A stretch of DNA of 24,000 bases from an uncultured Clostridia bacterium (GTDB taxonomy: Bacteria; Bacillota; Clostridia; Christensenellales; UBA1242), in the NCBI GenBank assembly GCA_944376905.1, contig CALWEA010000002.1, positions 48,655 to 72,654 on the forward strand, read 5' to 3'. Below are positions 17,006 to 24,000 of the stretch, piece after piece. How positions within the stretch are numbered: the stretch's first letter is position 1; each line of letters starts with the position of its first letter. A program made the translations under genes and the position numbers. The notes beneath the pieces were generated by a model that was given only the letters and a program-made list of their open reading frames with translations, had not been told where the DNA came from and made no database searches.

Positions 17006-17033
17006 ATTATATCATAAAATATTAAAATGTAAA
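17006..17033 (-). promoter_or_regulatory. Sigma-A-type promoter (extended -10) for asp23-nusB-xseAB
   Basis: Minus strand reads TTTACA (17033-17028), a 16-nt spacer ending in TGA, then TATAAT (17011-17006). Confidence 0.45.
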
Positions 17034-17057
17034 AGCAAATTTACAAAATTTTATATA

Positions 17058-17087
17058 AAATAAAATCGCAATATAGCGATTTTTTTA
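17058..17087 (-). terminator. Intrinsic terminator at the end of the spoIIIA operon
   Basis: Stem aaaatcgc (17062-17069) / gcgatttt (17076-17083) with a 6-nt loop, flanked by A/T runs on both sides. It lies 34 nt downstream of the spoIIIAH stop. Confidence 0.6.
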
Positions 17088-17120
17088 CTTACAAATTTAA
17101 TAAAGATTAAAATTATAATA

Positions 17121-17594
17121 TTATTCAACAGGTATTATTTTTATGCTAGATAATTGATAGTCTGTTTGTTCGGTAATAACAGCAACAACTTGTGCAACTT
17201 CAGAATTTGTTAATTCTTTTGACTTAACTATAACATTAATGTAGTTTGGAGATGTTGTTATTATTGCATCAGTAAATCCCAAACCTTTAACTAAATATTC
17301 TAAAGCCAACTCATTTTCCATTTGTTCTATTAACGCTAATTTTTGAGAATTTGCATTAGATTTTGCTGTTTCGTCAGAATTTTCACTTTGAATAATAGAA
17401 TCATAATATAAAATTGCTTGGTCTCTTGTTGAACTTCTATCAGTTCTATAAGCATCAAAATAATTGTAGTTAGTTTGCATTTGTGTACTCGTCTCAATGG
17501 TTTTATTGTTTAATGCAATATTTAAATATCCTGTAACTCCTAATAAAATAATCATTGCAGATAAAATTATAATTTTTGTTTTTTTCTTTAACAT
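17121..17594 (-). CDS. spoIIIAH: Stage III sporulation protein AH
   Basis: N-terminal TM anchor (IIILSAMIILLGVTGYL) and a C-terminal YscJ/FliF-like region (GFTDAIITTSPNYINVIVKS...). Last gene of the spoIIIA cluster. Strong RBS AAAGGAGAGGG. Confidence 0.8.
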   Translation of the reverse strand: MLKKKTKIIILSAMIILLGVTGYLNIALNNKTIETSTQMQTNYNYFDAYRTDRSSTRDQAILYYDSIIQSENSDETAKSNANSQKLALIEQMENELALEYLVKGLGFTDAIITTSPNYINVIVKSKELTNSEVAQVVAVITEQTDYQLSSIKIIPVE

Positions 17595-17732
17595 ATTCCC
17601 TCTCCTTTCATTACAATAATTTATTTATGTTTAATCTAAATTATTACTAAATTTTTAAAATTTTTTTTATTTTTTTGTTTCTTTATTTTCTAAATTAAAA
17701 AAAATATTTTGTAATTTTATTTTTTTCATTAA

Positions 17733-18164
17733 TTATGAACTGTTACCTCCAACCAAAACTTCTATATTAGATGTTGATAAATTTAAAAGAGCTTCAACAG
17801 CTTTAACAATTTCCAATTTAACCCAAACATTTTTTGCACCTTCAGCAACAACTATAACAGATTTAATATTAGGTATACTATCTTCTTTTTCATCAATATT
17901 GTTCTCTGTCATTATCATAACATCAACATTTCCTGCTCCATCAATTTTTGATAATATATTAGTTAACTTTTCCTCAACTTCTGTAGTATAAATGGAAATG
18001 GCGGACAAATTATTGTTTTCACTTTTGTTGTTTGTAAAAGAATTAGATGTTGAAGATGAAAAATAAATTAATAAAATAATTAAAGCAAATAAAACGGCGA
18101 GAATGATTTCTATATGCTTTATACTTTTTAATTTTTTAAATAAATTAGCAAAAAAATTATTCAT
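17733..18164 (-). CDS. spoIIIAG: Stage III sporulation protein AG
   Basis: N-terminal TM helix, then the family core GAGNVDVMIM...IKSVIVVAEGAKNVWVKLEIVKAVEALLNLSTSNIEVLV. Overlaps the spoIIIAF stop by 8 nt. Confidence 0.82.
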   Translation of the reverse strand: MNNFFANLFKKLKSIKHIEIILAVLFALIILLIYFSSSTSNSFTNNKSENNNLSAISIYTTEVEEKLTNILSKIDGAGNVDVMIMTENNIDEKEDSIPNIKSVIVVAEGAKNVWVKLEIVKAVEALLNLSTSNIEVLVGGNSS

Positions 18165-18648
18165 AAAAAACTATTTTTTCCTCCTCAATGTTAATTTTTC
18201 GCAAAACAATTTTTAAAATGCTTGTCTTTATATCTATATGTGAAATATTTTCATCTATTACACATTTTTTTAAATCTATTGAAACTTGTTCTATATTCAA
18301 TTCTTCTTCAAAAATATTTGCCTTTAAACCAACTTGAACACCACTAATTCCAAACTCTTCTATATCATTTTCTAGTTCTTTTTGTAATTTATTTAATATT
18401 TTTTGATTAACACTTGATAAAAATTCTTCTTGAATAGTTATATTATTATTTTCAAAAATGTCTTCTAATTTAATATCTTTTTTTGATAAAAAAGAAACTA
18501 TAGGCGAAAGAATAACTATAACAATAACAAATGCGAAAATATTTTTAATAAATTTTGAAGTTGAGCCATTGGGCATGACTAAATCGACAATAATCGAAAG
18601 AACTACTACCCCAACAATTCCTAAAATCCACGCAGAAATAGCAGACAT
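18157..18648 (-). CDS. spoIIIAF: Stage III sporulation protein AF
   Basis: Two N-terminal TM helices (ISAWILGIVGVVVLSIIVDLVMP, FAFVIVIVILSPIVSFL) followed by a soluble domain. Position within the operon. Confidence 0.8.
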   Translation of the reverse strand: MSAISAWILGIVGVVVLSIIVDLVMPNGSTSKFIKNIFAFVIVIVILSPIVSFLSKKDIKLEDIFENNNITIQEEFLSSVNQKILNKLQKELENDIEEFGISGVQVGLKANIFEEELNIEQVSIDLKKCVIDENISHIDIKTSILKIVLRKINIEEEKIVFYE

Positions 18649-18679
18649 TTTTATTCTCCTTTCATCAAATTAAATTACA

Positions 18680-20011
18680 TTAAATTCCAACACTCGTACA
18701 CATTATTAAACCTACAAAAATAACATACATAAAAGCAACACCTATAATCATTACTATTGGCATTATAAAAATTTTTGAAATAGAAGAAATAAAATTTGAA
18801 ATACGATTATCAGAAAGAGGTTCTAAAAGCGCACCTGTAAATTTTAAAGCAAGCATAAATAAAACTAATTGTAAAAGCGGTATTAAAATAGTGGAAAATA
18901 AAAGTAAAAGGCCTGATGCTCCAATTGCATTTTTTATTAAAACACAACTTGCTAAAATAACATTTAATCCTTCACTTAAATAACCACCTAAAATAGGGAC
19001 ATAAGTACTAAGAGAAAATTTAGCAGTTTTAAAAGAAATACTATCAATAGAACCTGCGGTTATACCTTTTATTGCTAAAAATCCCATAAAAATTGTAAAA
19101 ACTATTCCTATAATCCATTTAAATAATGTATTTAAAAAACTTGACAACTTATCTAATCTAACTGAATTAGAGAGATTAGAAACAATAGAAAAAACTAATG
19201 CAAATATAAAAATTGGCATAAGAATGGTTGTGAAAATCTTCGTAACTATACTTGTTAAAACAACAACAGCTGGTTGATAAACAGCAACTGAAACAGTTCC
19301 CCCCATTGCAGTTAAAAGAGTTAAAAGTAAAGGAAATATAATTTCCATTTGTGTAACAATAAGACTTAAAGTATTAGATGTTAAAGTTATCATTTGGGTT
19401 GCTACTGAAGCAACAATAACAATAATAACACCATAACAAACAAAATGTATTATATCCCCTATCGATTGAGAATTGCCTTTAAAATCAGAAAGAAGTCCTG
19501 CCAAAACAGCAATTGCTATAATACTTGCAATAAATGGCAAAATTGCTAAAAGTTCATCAAAAATTAAGTTTAAAATGGCTTGTAATAAAGATGATGAATT
19601 TTCGCTAAATTCACCAGAAATAATTTTATTTAATTTATCTAAAATGCTACTTGACCCAAATATTTCTTTTTGTTCATCAGTTAAATTATTTAAAAAATTT
19701 TCTAATGCAGATAAATCTAAGTCTGCCAATTGGTCATTTACAGTATCTTTTAACTCTTCTTCAATATCTTCTAGATTTTCTTTTTCTTCATCACTTAACT
19801 CCTTGTCCATCTCATTTTCAAGATTGTTTATTAAAGAATTTATTTCATTTTGATTATTAAGTTCTCCATAAACTGAAATCGAAGGTGAATTTAAAATAGA
19901 GGGTATTAAAACAAAAATAAAAGCAATAATTAAAAAGATATATCTTTTTAAAATTTTTCTTTTATTTTTATTTTTTTTATAATTTTTTAAAAATAACTTT
20001 TTAAAAATCAT
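18680..20011 (-). CDS. spoIIIAE: Stage III sporulation protein AE (polytopic membrane component)
   Basis: Signal/anchor sequence, an acidic extracytoplasmic segment, then about 7-8 TM helices. ATGA overlap with spoIIIAD. Position within the operon. Confidence 0.85.
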   Translation of the reverse strand: MIFKKLFLKNYKKNKNKRKILKRYIFLIIAFIFVLIPSILNSPSISVYGELNNQNEINSLINNLENEMDKELSDEEKENLEDIEEELKDTVNDQLADLDLSALENFLNNLTDEQKEIFGSSSILDKLNKIISGEFSENSSSLLQAILNLIFDELLAILPFIASIIAIAVLAGLLSDFKGNSQSIGDIIHFVCYGVIIVIVASVATQMITLTSNTLSLIVTQMEIIFPLLLTLLTAMGGTVSVAVYQPAVVVLTSIVTKIFTTILMPIFIFALVFSIVSNLSNSVRLDKLSSFLNTLFKWIIGIVFTIFMGFLAIKGITAGSIDSISFKTAKFSLSTYVPILGGYLSEGLNVILASCVLIKNAIGASGLLLLFSTILIPLLQLVLFMLALKFTGALLEPLSDNRISNFISSISKIFIMPIVMIIGVAFMYVIFVGLIMCTSVGI

Positions 20012-20394
20012 GGTAAAATCCCCACAATAATTTCAATAACATTTGTCAAGATAGGCAAAGCCATAATAAGAATGATAATTTTTCCAGCAAGTAAAATTTT
20101 ATTAGCAAGACTTGATGAACCAGAATCATTACAAATATTAGCAGTAAATTCTGTAAGATATCCTATACCAATAATTTTTAAAACAATAGAAAATAATCCT
20201 GGAGATAATTTTGTTTTTTCAACTATGTAATTTAAAACATCAAAAATTTGATTGATATAATCAACCAACATTAAAAGTATAACAACTCCCCCTGCCATAG
20301 TAACTAAACTTGCAAAATCAGGTTTAACTTGTTTGACAATAAGAGTTGCAACGCAAGTTAACAAAGCAATTGCAATAATTTTAAAAATATCCAA
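20008..20394 (-). CDS. spoIIIAD: Stage III sporulation protein AD
   Basis: A 128-aa four-TM protein with the conserved core LKIIGIGYLTEFTANICNDSG...LAGKIIILIMALPIL. Confidence 0.88.
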   Translation of the reverse strand: MDIFKIIAIALLTCVATLIVKQVKPDFASLVTMAGGVVILLMLVDYINQIFDVLNYIVEKTKLSPGLFSIVLKIIGIGYLTEFTANICNDSGSSSLANKILLAGKIIILIMALPILTNVIEIIVGILP

Positions 20395-20439
20395 ATTATA
20401 AACCCCATATGCAATTATTAAATTTTTTAATCTTATGTT

Positions 20440-20634
20440 TTAAAAATTAAACATGTCTTTAATACTGCTAAATAAATTTGTTATTAAATCTAACACCATT
20501 AATAAAACAATGATTAACCCCGCCAATGTTGCCATGGTTGCAATTTCATCTTTACCACTATGTTTTAAAACCTGGCCAACAACTGCGGTTAATATACCAA
20601 TTGCAGCAATTTTAAAAATAATTTCAACTCCCAT
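20440..20634 (-). CDS. spoIIIAC: Stage III sporulation protein AC
   Basis: Start re-called to ATG 20634 (MGVEIIFKIAAIGIL...), which has AGAGGTG 6 nt upstream. A 64-aa two-TM protein typical of SpoIIIAC. Confidence 0.88.
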   Translation of the reverse strand: MGVEIIFKIAAIGILTAVVGQVLKHSGKDEIATMATLAGLIIVLLMVLDLITNLFSSIKDMFNF

Positions 20635-20704
20635 AAAAACACCTCTACCCAAAATCATACTATATATAGTAAATATTTTAATTTTTGTTTTACTAGATAT
20701 TGTA

Positions 20705-21202
20705 TTATAATAATATTAAAGCAATGGCAAGTCCAAAAATAATACCTAATTTCAAATATAATGGTGCATATTTTTTTGCTTCTTGCTCTGCATTAGAATA
20801 TAATTTATTTAATTCTTCTTTTTGGCTATTTAATTGTTTTGTTTGATTAAAAACATCAAATTTACCTAAACTTAAAAAAAATATTAATATCATATTTTTT
20901 TCTTCATCGTTGAGTATTTTTATATCTTTAAACAAATCTTCTTTTGTAACCTCATTGTTTATTTCTAAACATTTAATAAAATTATTAATTAATTTTTTTA
21001 TTTCTTTATTATTTGTTTCTTCATGAAAACTTTTTAAAATTGAAATTAATTTTGCTTGCGAAAAATTTATTTCTAAATTTATTTTTTCAAATAAAAATAA
21101 AAGTGTTCTAAAAAATTTTAACCTATTGTTATAATATAATGAAAGTCCATATCCAAGATATCCGCAAATAATTACAATAATAATTAATATAATATATTTC
21201 AA
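20705..21202 (-). CDS. spoIIIAB: Stage III sporulation protein AB
   Basis: 165 aa with N- and C-terminal TM helices flanking a helical cytoplasmic domain. Start overlaps the spoIIIAA stop by 4 nt. Position within the operon. Confidence 0.8.
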   Translation of the reverse strand: MKYIILIIIVIICGYLGYGLSLYYNNRLKFFRTLLFLFEKINLEINFSQAKLISILKSFHEETNNKEIKKLINNFIKCLEINNEVTKEDLFKDIKILNDEEKNMILIFFLSLGKFDVFNQTKQLNSQKEELNKLYSNAEQEAKKYAPLYLKLGIIFGLAIALILL

Positions 21203-22119
21203 ACCATCTGCCCTCCTCCAATAAAAATTTTTTGCATTGAATGATTGTAAACGGCTTCTATAACGCCAGGTTTAACTCCTTTTTTTAAAACAACATATCT
21301 ATCGAATAAATTTTCTATTTTGACAAATTCTTTTTTTTGCTTTAATTGATTTATTGAATCAGCATGAATTGTTGCTAAAATTTTAACCCCACAATTTACG
21401 GCGTAATTAATTGCATCAAAATCTTCACTTCCCCCCAATTCATCAGTTACTATTAAATGTGGATTCATTGCCCTAATTCCTTGCAAAAACCCAGTATGTT
21501 TATCTGAAAAAGATATAATATCACAAAATTTACCAACTTCAAGTTTATTATTTTTGCCGGCAATTTCCCCTCTTTCATCAATTATTAAAATATTATAGAA
21601 TAAATTTCTTTCAGTTAATTGATAAATAAAATCTCTAATAAAAGTTGTTTTACCTTGTCCAGGGGGAGAAATTATTAATATGTTTTTTAAACCGTTTTCA
21701 TCAATAAGGTGTTTAAATATAGGAATAGAACAATTTTTAATTTCATGAGGTATTCTTATGTTAACACTCGTAAAATTAGTTATAGTTTTTATTTTTTGAT
21801 TTTCTGTTATTATAGTTCCACAAACACCAATTCTTTCACCTCCATCTAGAACCAAAAAACCTTGTTTTAATTCTTCATTAATTGAATAGATAGAAAATTC
21901 ACTAGCTTTATAAATTATGTCTTCAACCATTTTTTTTGATGCTTTAAGACCTTTTTCATAAGATAAAACAAATCCATTAGAGTCAAAAAATTTAACTTGT
22001 CCATCAACATTTAATACAATTGGTTTATTTTCTCTAAATCTTATTTCATTAATTTTATTAAAACCAATTTTTTGAGAAAGAATTTTATAAATATTTGCAT
22101 CTAAAATTTTATTTAGCAT
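21199..22119 (-). CDS. spoIIIAA: Stage III sporulation protein AA (secretion-type ATPase)
   Basis: Walker A SPPGQGKTT, Walker B-like LIVTDELG, about 306 aa. First gene of an eight-gene spoIIIA-ordered cluster. Confidence 0.9.
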   Translation of the reverse strand: MLNKILDANIYKILSQKIGFNKINEIRFRENKPIVLNVDGQVKFFDSNGFVLSYEKGLKASKKMVEDIIYKASEFSIYSINEELKQGFLVLDGGERIGVCGTIITENQKIKTITNFTSVNIRIPHEIKNCSIPIFKHLIDENGLKNILIISPPGQGKTTFIRDFIYQLTERNLFYNILIIDERGEIAGKNNKLEVGKFCDIISFSDKHTGFLQGIRAMNPHLIVTDELGGSEDFDAINYAVNCGVKILATIHADSINQLKQKKEFVKIENLFDRYVVLKKGVKPGVIEAVYNHSMQKIFIGGGQMV

Positions 22120-22149
22120 AAAAAAACCTCATCATAATGTATGATGAAG
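22120..22149 (-). promoter_or_regulatory. Terminator-like hairpin plus U7 abutting the spoIIIAA start codon and containing its SD
   Basis: Minus strand reads CUUCAUCAU-acauu-AUGAUGAGG: a 9-bp stem including one G.U that would be a C.A mismatch in plus-strand sense. U7 follows, then the ATG at 22119. The only SD-like GAGG lies in the 3' arm. Confidence 0.5.
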
Positions 22150-22194
22150 TTTATATTTTTAAAACCTGAATTTATAAATTTTATAAAAATTATA

Positions 22195-22202
22195 ATTGTA
22201 TG
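22195..22202 (-). promoter_or_regulatory. Sigma-E-like -10 element upstream of spoIIIAA
   Basis: Minus strand reads CATACAAT, matching the mother-cell sigma-E -10 consensus CATACA-T. An ATAT-containing -35-like stretch (TAATATA) lies 14 nt upstream, but that is weakly informative in AT-rich DNA. Confidence 0.4.
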
Positions 22203-22248
22203 TTTAACATATTATTTATATTAATATATTATTTATTATTATATTAAT

Positions 22249-24000
22249 TTAAATTTTGCATCTGTCTAAACAAGTGTATATTAAATCAAATTTTCCTTTT
22301 ATAATATTTTTGCCTTTACTTAATCTATTATCATAAGGTATTTTATTTGTAGAAATAAAATCAAAATTATTTCCCTTTTTAACACAAATATTATTTGGTT
22401 CTACATCATAACGTGCATAAACCAATTCCTCATTTGATTTTAAATTAATTGTTTTTAAACCTCTTCTGTAACGAGGAGAAGTTTGATATTCACTAATAGG
22501 AACTTTTTTGACATTTCCGCTACTAGATATTAAAGTTACACCACCTCTTTTTTCCGTTTGTCCTGCAAAAATAATATAATCATTATCAAGCATTTTCATT
22601 GAACGTATTCCTGCAGTTGTTCGTTTTTGAATTGGAAAATCATTTATGTTAACTTTTAAAGAATAAGTTTCTTTTGTTATTAAAATTATATCTTGCGAAT
22701 TATTATTTTGTAATTCAACATTTATAATTTCATCATTTTCCTTTATGGACATAGCTTGAAAATATGGTCTATTTATCAAATATTCTTGAATACTAGTTCT
22801 CTTTATTAATCCATGTTTAGAATAAGTTATGATATTTATATCATTCATATTTTCGCATTTATAATAAGGTTGAATTGATATAATTTTTATTGGTTTTTCA
22901 TCATAAGCAATTAAATTGTTTAAGTTTTGCAATGATACACCTTTTTTCTTCCATTTAGATTCTGGTATTTCTTTTGCTTTTATTTTTAAACAATTACCCT
23001 TATTAGTAAAAATCAAAACATTATCATTATTTTGAACAGAAATTGCATCAACTTGTATGTCAAATAAATTATTAATATTATTTAATACAGCAGTATCTAT
23101 TGCTCTATTTTTAATAGGTATGTTTTTAATTTTATCATCAGCGGATATGGTTAATAAACAAGGAGAATCAGATTCTTCAACTATATTTTCAACTATATTA
23201 TCTTCATCTTGCTTGTTATCTATAACTATGCTACTTCTTCGTTTATTGCCAAATCTCTTTTTTATATCCTCTAATTCTTTGATTATTGTTTGATATTGTA
23301 AACTTTTTGACGATAACAAATCTCTAAGAGATTGAATTAACTTGATCAAAGAATCATACTCTTCTTGTAACTTAACAATTTCCAAATTAACTAATCTAGC
23401 CAAACGCATATCTAGAATTGCTTGTGCTTGTAAATCTGTTAATCCAATTTGTTCTATAATTTGAATTTTAGCCTCATTAACTGTTTTACTTCTTCTTATA
23501 ATTTTAATTATTTTATCAATTTGGTCAATAGCTTTCAATAAACCTTCAACTATATGAGATCTAGATAAAGCATTGTTTAAATCAAATTTACTTCTACGAA
23601 TTATAATTTCTTGTTGATAATCAACATAATAAGCAATGACTTCTTTTAAATTTAATAATTTAGGTTTTCCTCCTGCTATTGCAACCATGTTAATATTATA
23701 AGAAACTTCTAAAGAAGTTGATTTTAATAACTCTCTTAAGATTGCTTTTGGATTTCCATCTTTCTTTATTTTTATAACCGCACGTAATCCATTGCGATCA
23801 GATTCATCTATAATTTCACCAATATAAGAAAGTATTCCCTTATTATCTTCTTTAAGATTTGCAATTCTTTGAAGCATAGCAGATTTATTAACTTGATAAG
23901 GAACTTCTGTTATAACTATTGAGTATTTATCATCATTTCTTTCGATAGCAACTTTAGCTCTATTTATAATTTTTCCTTTTCCCGTTTCATAAGCTTTTTC
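22249..24000 (-). CDS. parC: Type IIA topoisomerase subunit A (GyrA/ParC family), probably topoisomerase IV ParC; N-terminal part lies beyond the window
   Basis: The ORF-track M at 23877 is internal. Hand translation shows the frame stays open to nt 24000 (EKAYETGKGKIINRAKVAIERNDDKYSIVITEVPYQVNKSAMLQRIANL...), which is the GyrA/ParC tower region. Downstream are LTDLQAQAILDMRLARL and a beta-pinwheel CTD. I see no GyrA-box (QRRGGKG-like) at the start of the CTD, which favours ParC. Confidence 0.8.
   Translation of the reverse strand, partial: EKAYETGKGKIINRAKVAIERNDDKYSIVITEVPYQVNKSAMLQRIANLKEDNKGILSYIGEIIDESDRNGLRAVIKIKKDGNPKAILRELLKSTSLEVSYNINMVAIAGGKPKLLNLKEVIAYYVDYQQEIIIRRSKFDLNNALSRSHIVEGLLKAIDQIDKIIKIIRRSKTVNEAKIQIIEQIGLTDLQAQAILDMRLARLVNLEIVKLQEEYDSLIKLIQSLRDLLSSKSLQYQTIIKELEDIKKRFGNKRRSSIVIDNKQDEDNIVENIVEESDSPCLLTISADDKIKNIPIKNRAIDTAVLNNINNLFDIQVDAISVQNNDNVLIFTNKGNCLKIKAKEIPESKWKKKGVSLQNLNNLIAYDEKPIKIISIQPYYKCENMNDINIITYSKHGLIKRTSIQEYLINRPYFQAMSIKENDEIINVELQNNNSQDIILITKETYSLKVNINDFPIQKRTTAGIRSMKMLDNDYIIFAGQTEKRGGVTLISSSGNVKKVPISEYQTSPRYRRGLKTINLKSNEELVYARYDVEPNNICVKKGNNFDFISTNKIPYDNRLSKGKNIIKGKFDLIYTCLDRCKI

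Noticed and set aside
17595-17732. An internal promoter in the 138-bp spoIIIAG-spoIIIAH gap, with CATAAATA as a sigma-E-like -10.
   Set aside because: The match is only partial, and the region is almost pure A/T, where such strings arise by chance. The evidence is insufficient.
1587-20658. ORF-track N-terminal extensions: rny to 3284, era to 5475, the small ORF to 4463 (TTG), the OapA-like gene to 13887, and spoIIIAC to 20658.
   Set aside because: The extended starts lack RBSs and add residues upstream of conserved family N-termini, or run into the RNA gene. Internal ATGs at 3176, 5445, 4457, 13824 and 20634 have SD-like sequences (weakest at 5445) or fit the family N-terminus, and fit the families better.
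3893-23293. Sixteen + strand ORFs of 64-199 aa in the track: 3893-4090, 6644-6865, 6881-7087, 7849-8082, 10939-11199, 11878-12075, 12230-12499, 13094-13693, 14937-15197, 16729-16923, 16790-17017, 18458-18673, 19473-19853, 19651-19860, 20453-20710, 23057-23293.
   Set aside because: Each lies antisense within or across a well-supported minus-strand gene. All have F/L/I/S/K-rich low-complexity translations typical of the reverse frame of AT-rich genes, and none has an RBS or a family signature. The largest (13094-13693) mirrors the TM region of the OapA-like gene.
1-24000. CRISPR arrays, transposases or integrases, inverted-repeat-bounded elements, toxin-antitoxin pairs, restriction-modification or other defence loci, and alternative genetic code usage.
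   Set aside because: No spaced direct repeats, no recombinase-like ORFs and no unexplained multi-gene block were found. Every long ORF is accounted for by housekeeping or sporulation families or a single orphan. The ORF track, translated with the standard code, yields full-length family-typical proteins, so no TGA recoding is indicated.

Overview
This window is very AT-rich chromosomal DNA from an endospore-forming Firmicute, probably Clostridia-like with a compacted genome. All genes but one lie on the minus strand. The content is core housekeeping and sporulation, arranged as conserved Bacillus-type synteny blocks packed tightly together. From left to right: an Asn-rich membrane protein (+ strand, 5' end off the window); rny; recO, a small ORF, era, ybeY, yqfD and yqfC; DUF1292 and ruvX; rpsI and rplM; an orphan ORF, recN and argR; a 4-TM protein gene plus a ~565-nt non-coding G+C island; xseB, xseA, nusB and asp23; the complete spoIIIAA-AH operon; and a gyrA/parC-family gene running off the right edge. 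I saw no CRISPR array, transposase, integrase, phage block or recognisable defence system. The most interesting element is the G+C-rich, ORF-free, highly structured minus-strand RNA at about 13879-14445. It has its own near-consensus promoter and its 5' and 3' ends pair. It sits between xseB and a small 4-TM protein gene, which is the genomic context described for OLE (ornate, large, extremophilic) RNA and its partner OapA. Here the isoprenoid genes ispA and dxs that usually flank OLE are missing. The class assignment is inferred from size, structure and synteny and needs a covariance-model search. Secondary observations: ARG-box-like palindromes over the argR promoter region; a hairpin plus U-tract in the rplM leader; a terminator-like hairpin that sequesters the spoIIIAA Shine-Dalgarno downstream of a sigma-E-like -10; an orphan ORF where spoIVB normally follows recN; and short tandem repeats where folD normally sits. 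Several ORF-track starts are over-extended and were re-called from RBS positions and family N-termini.
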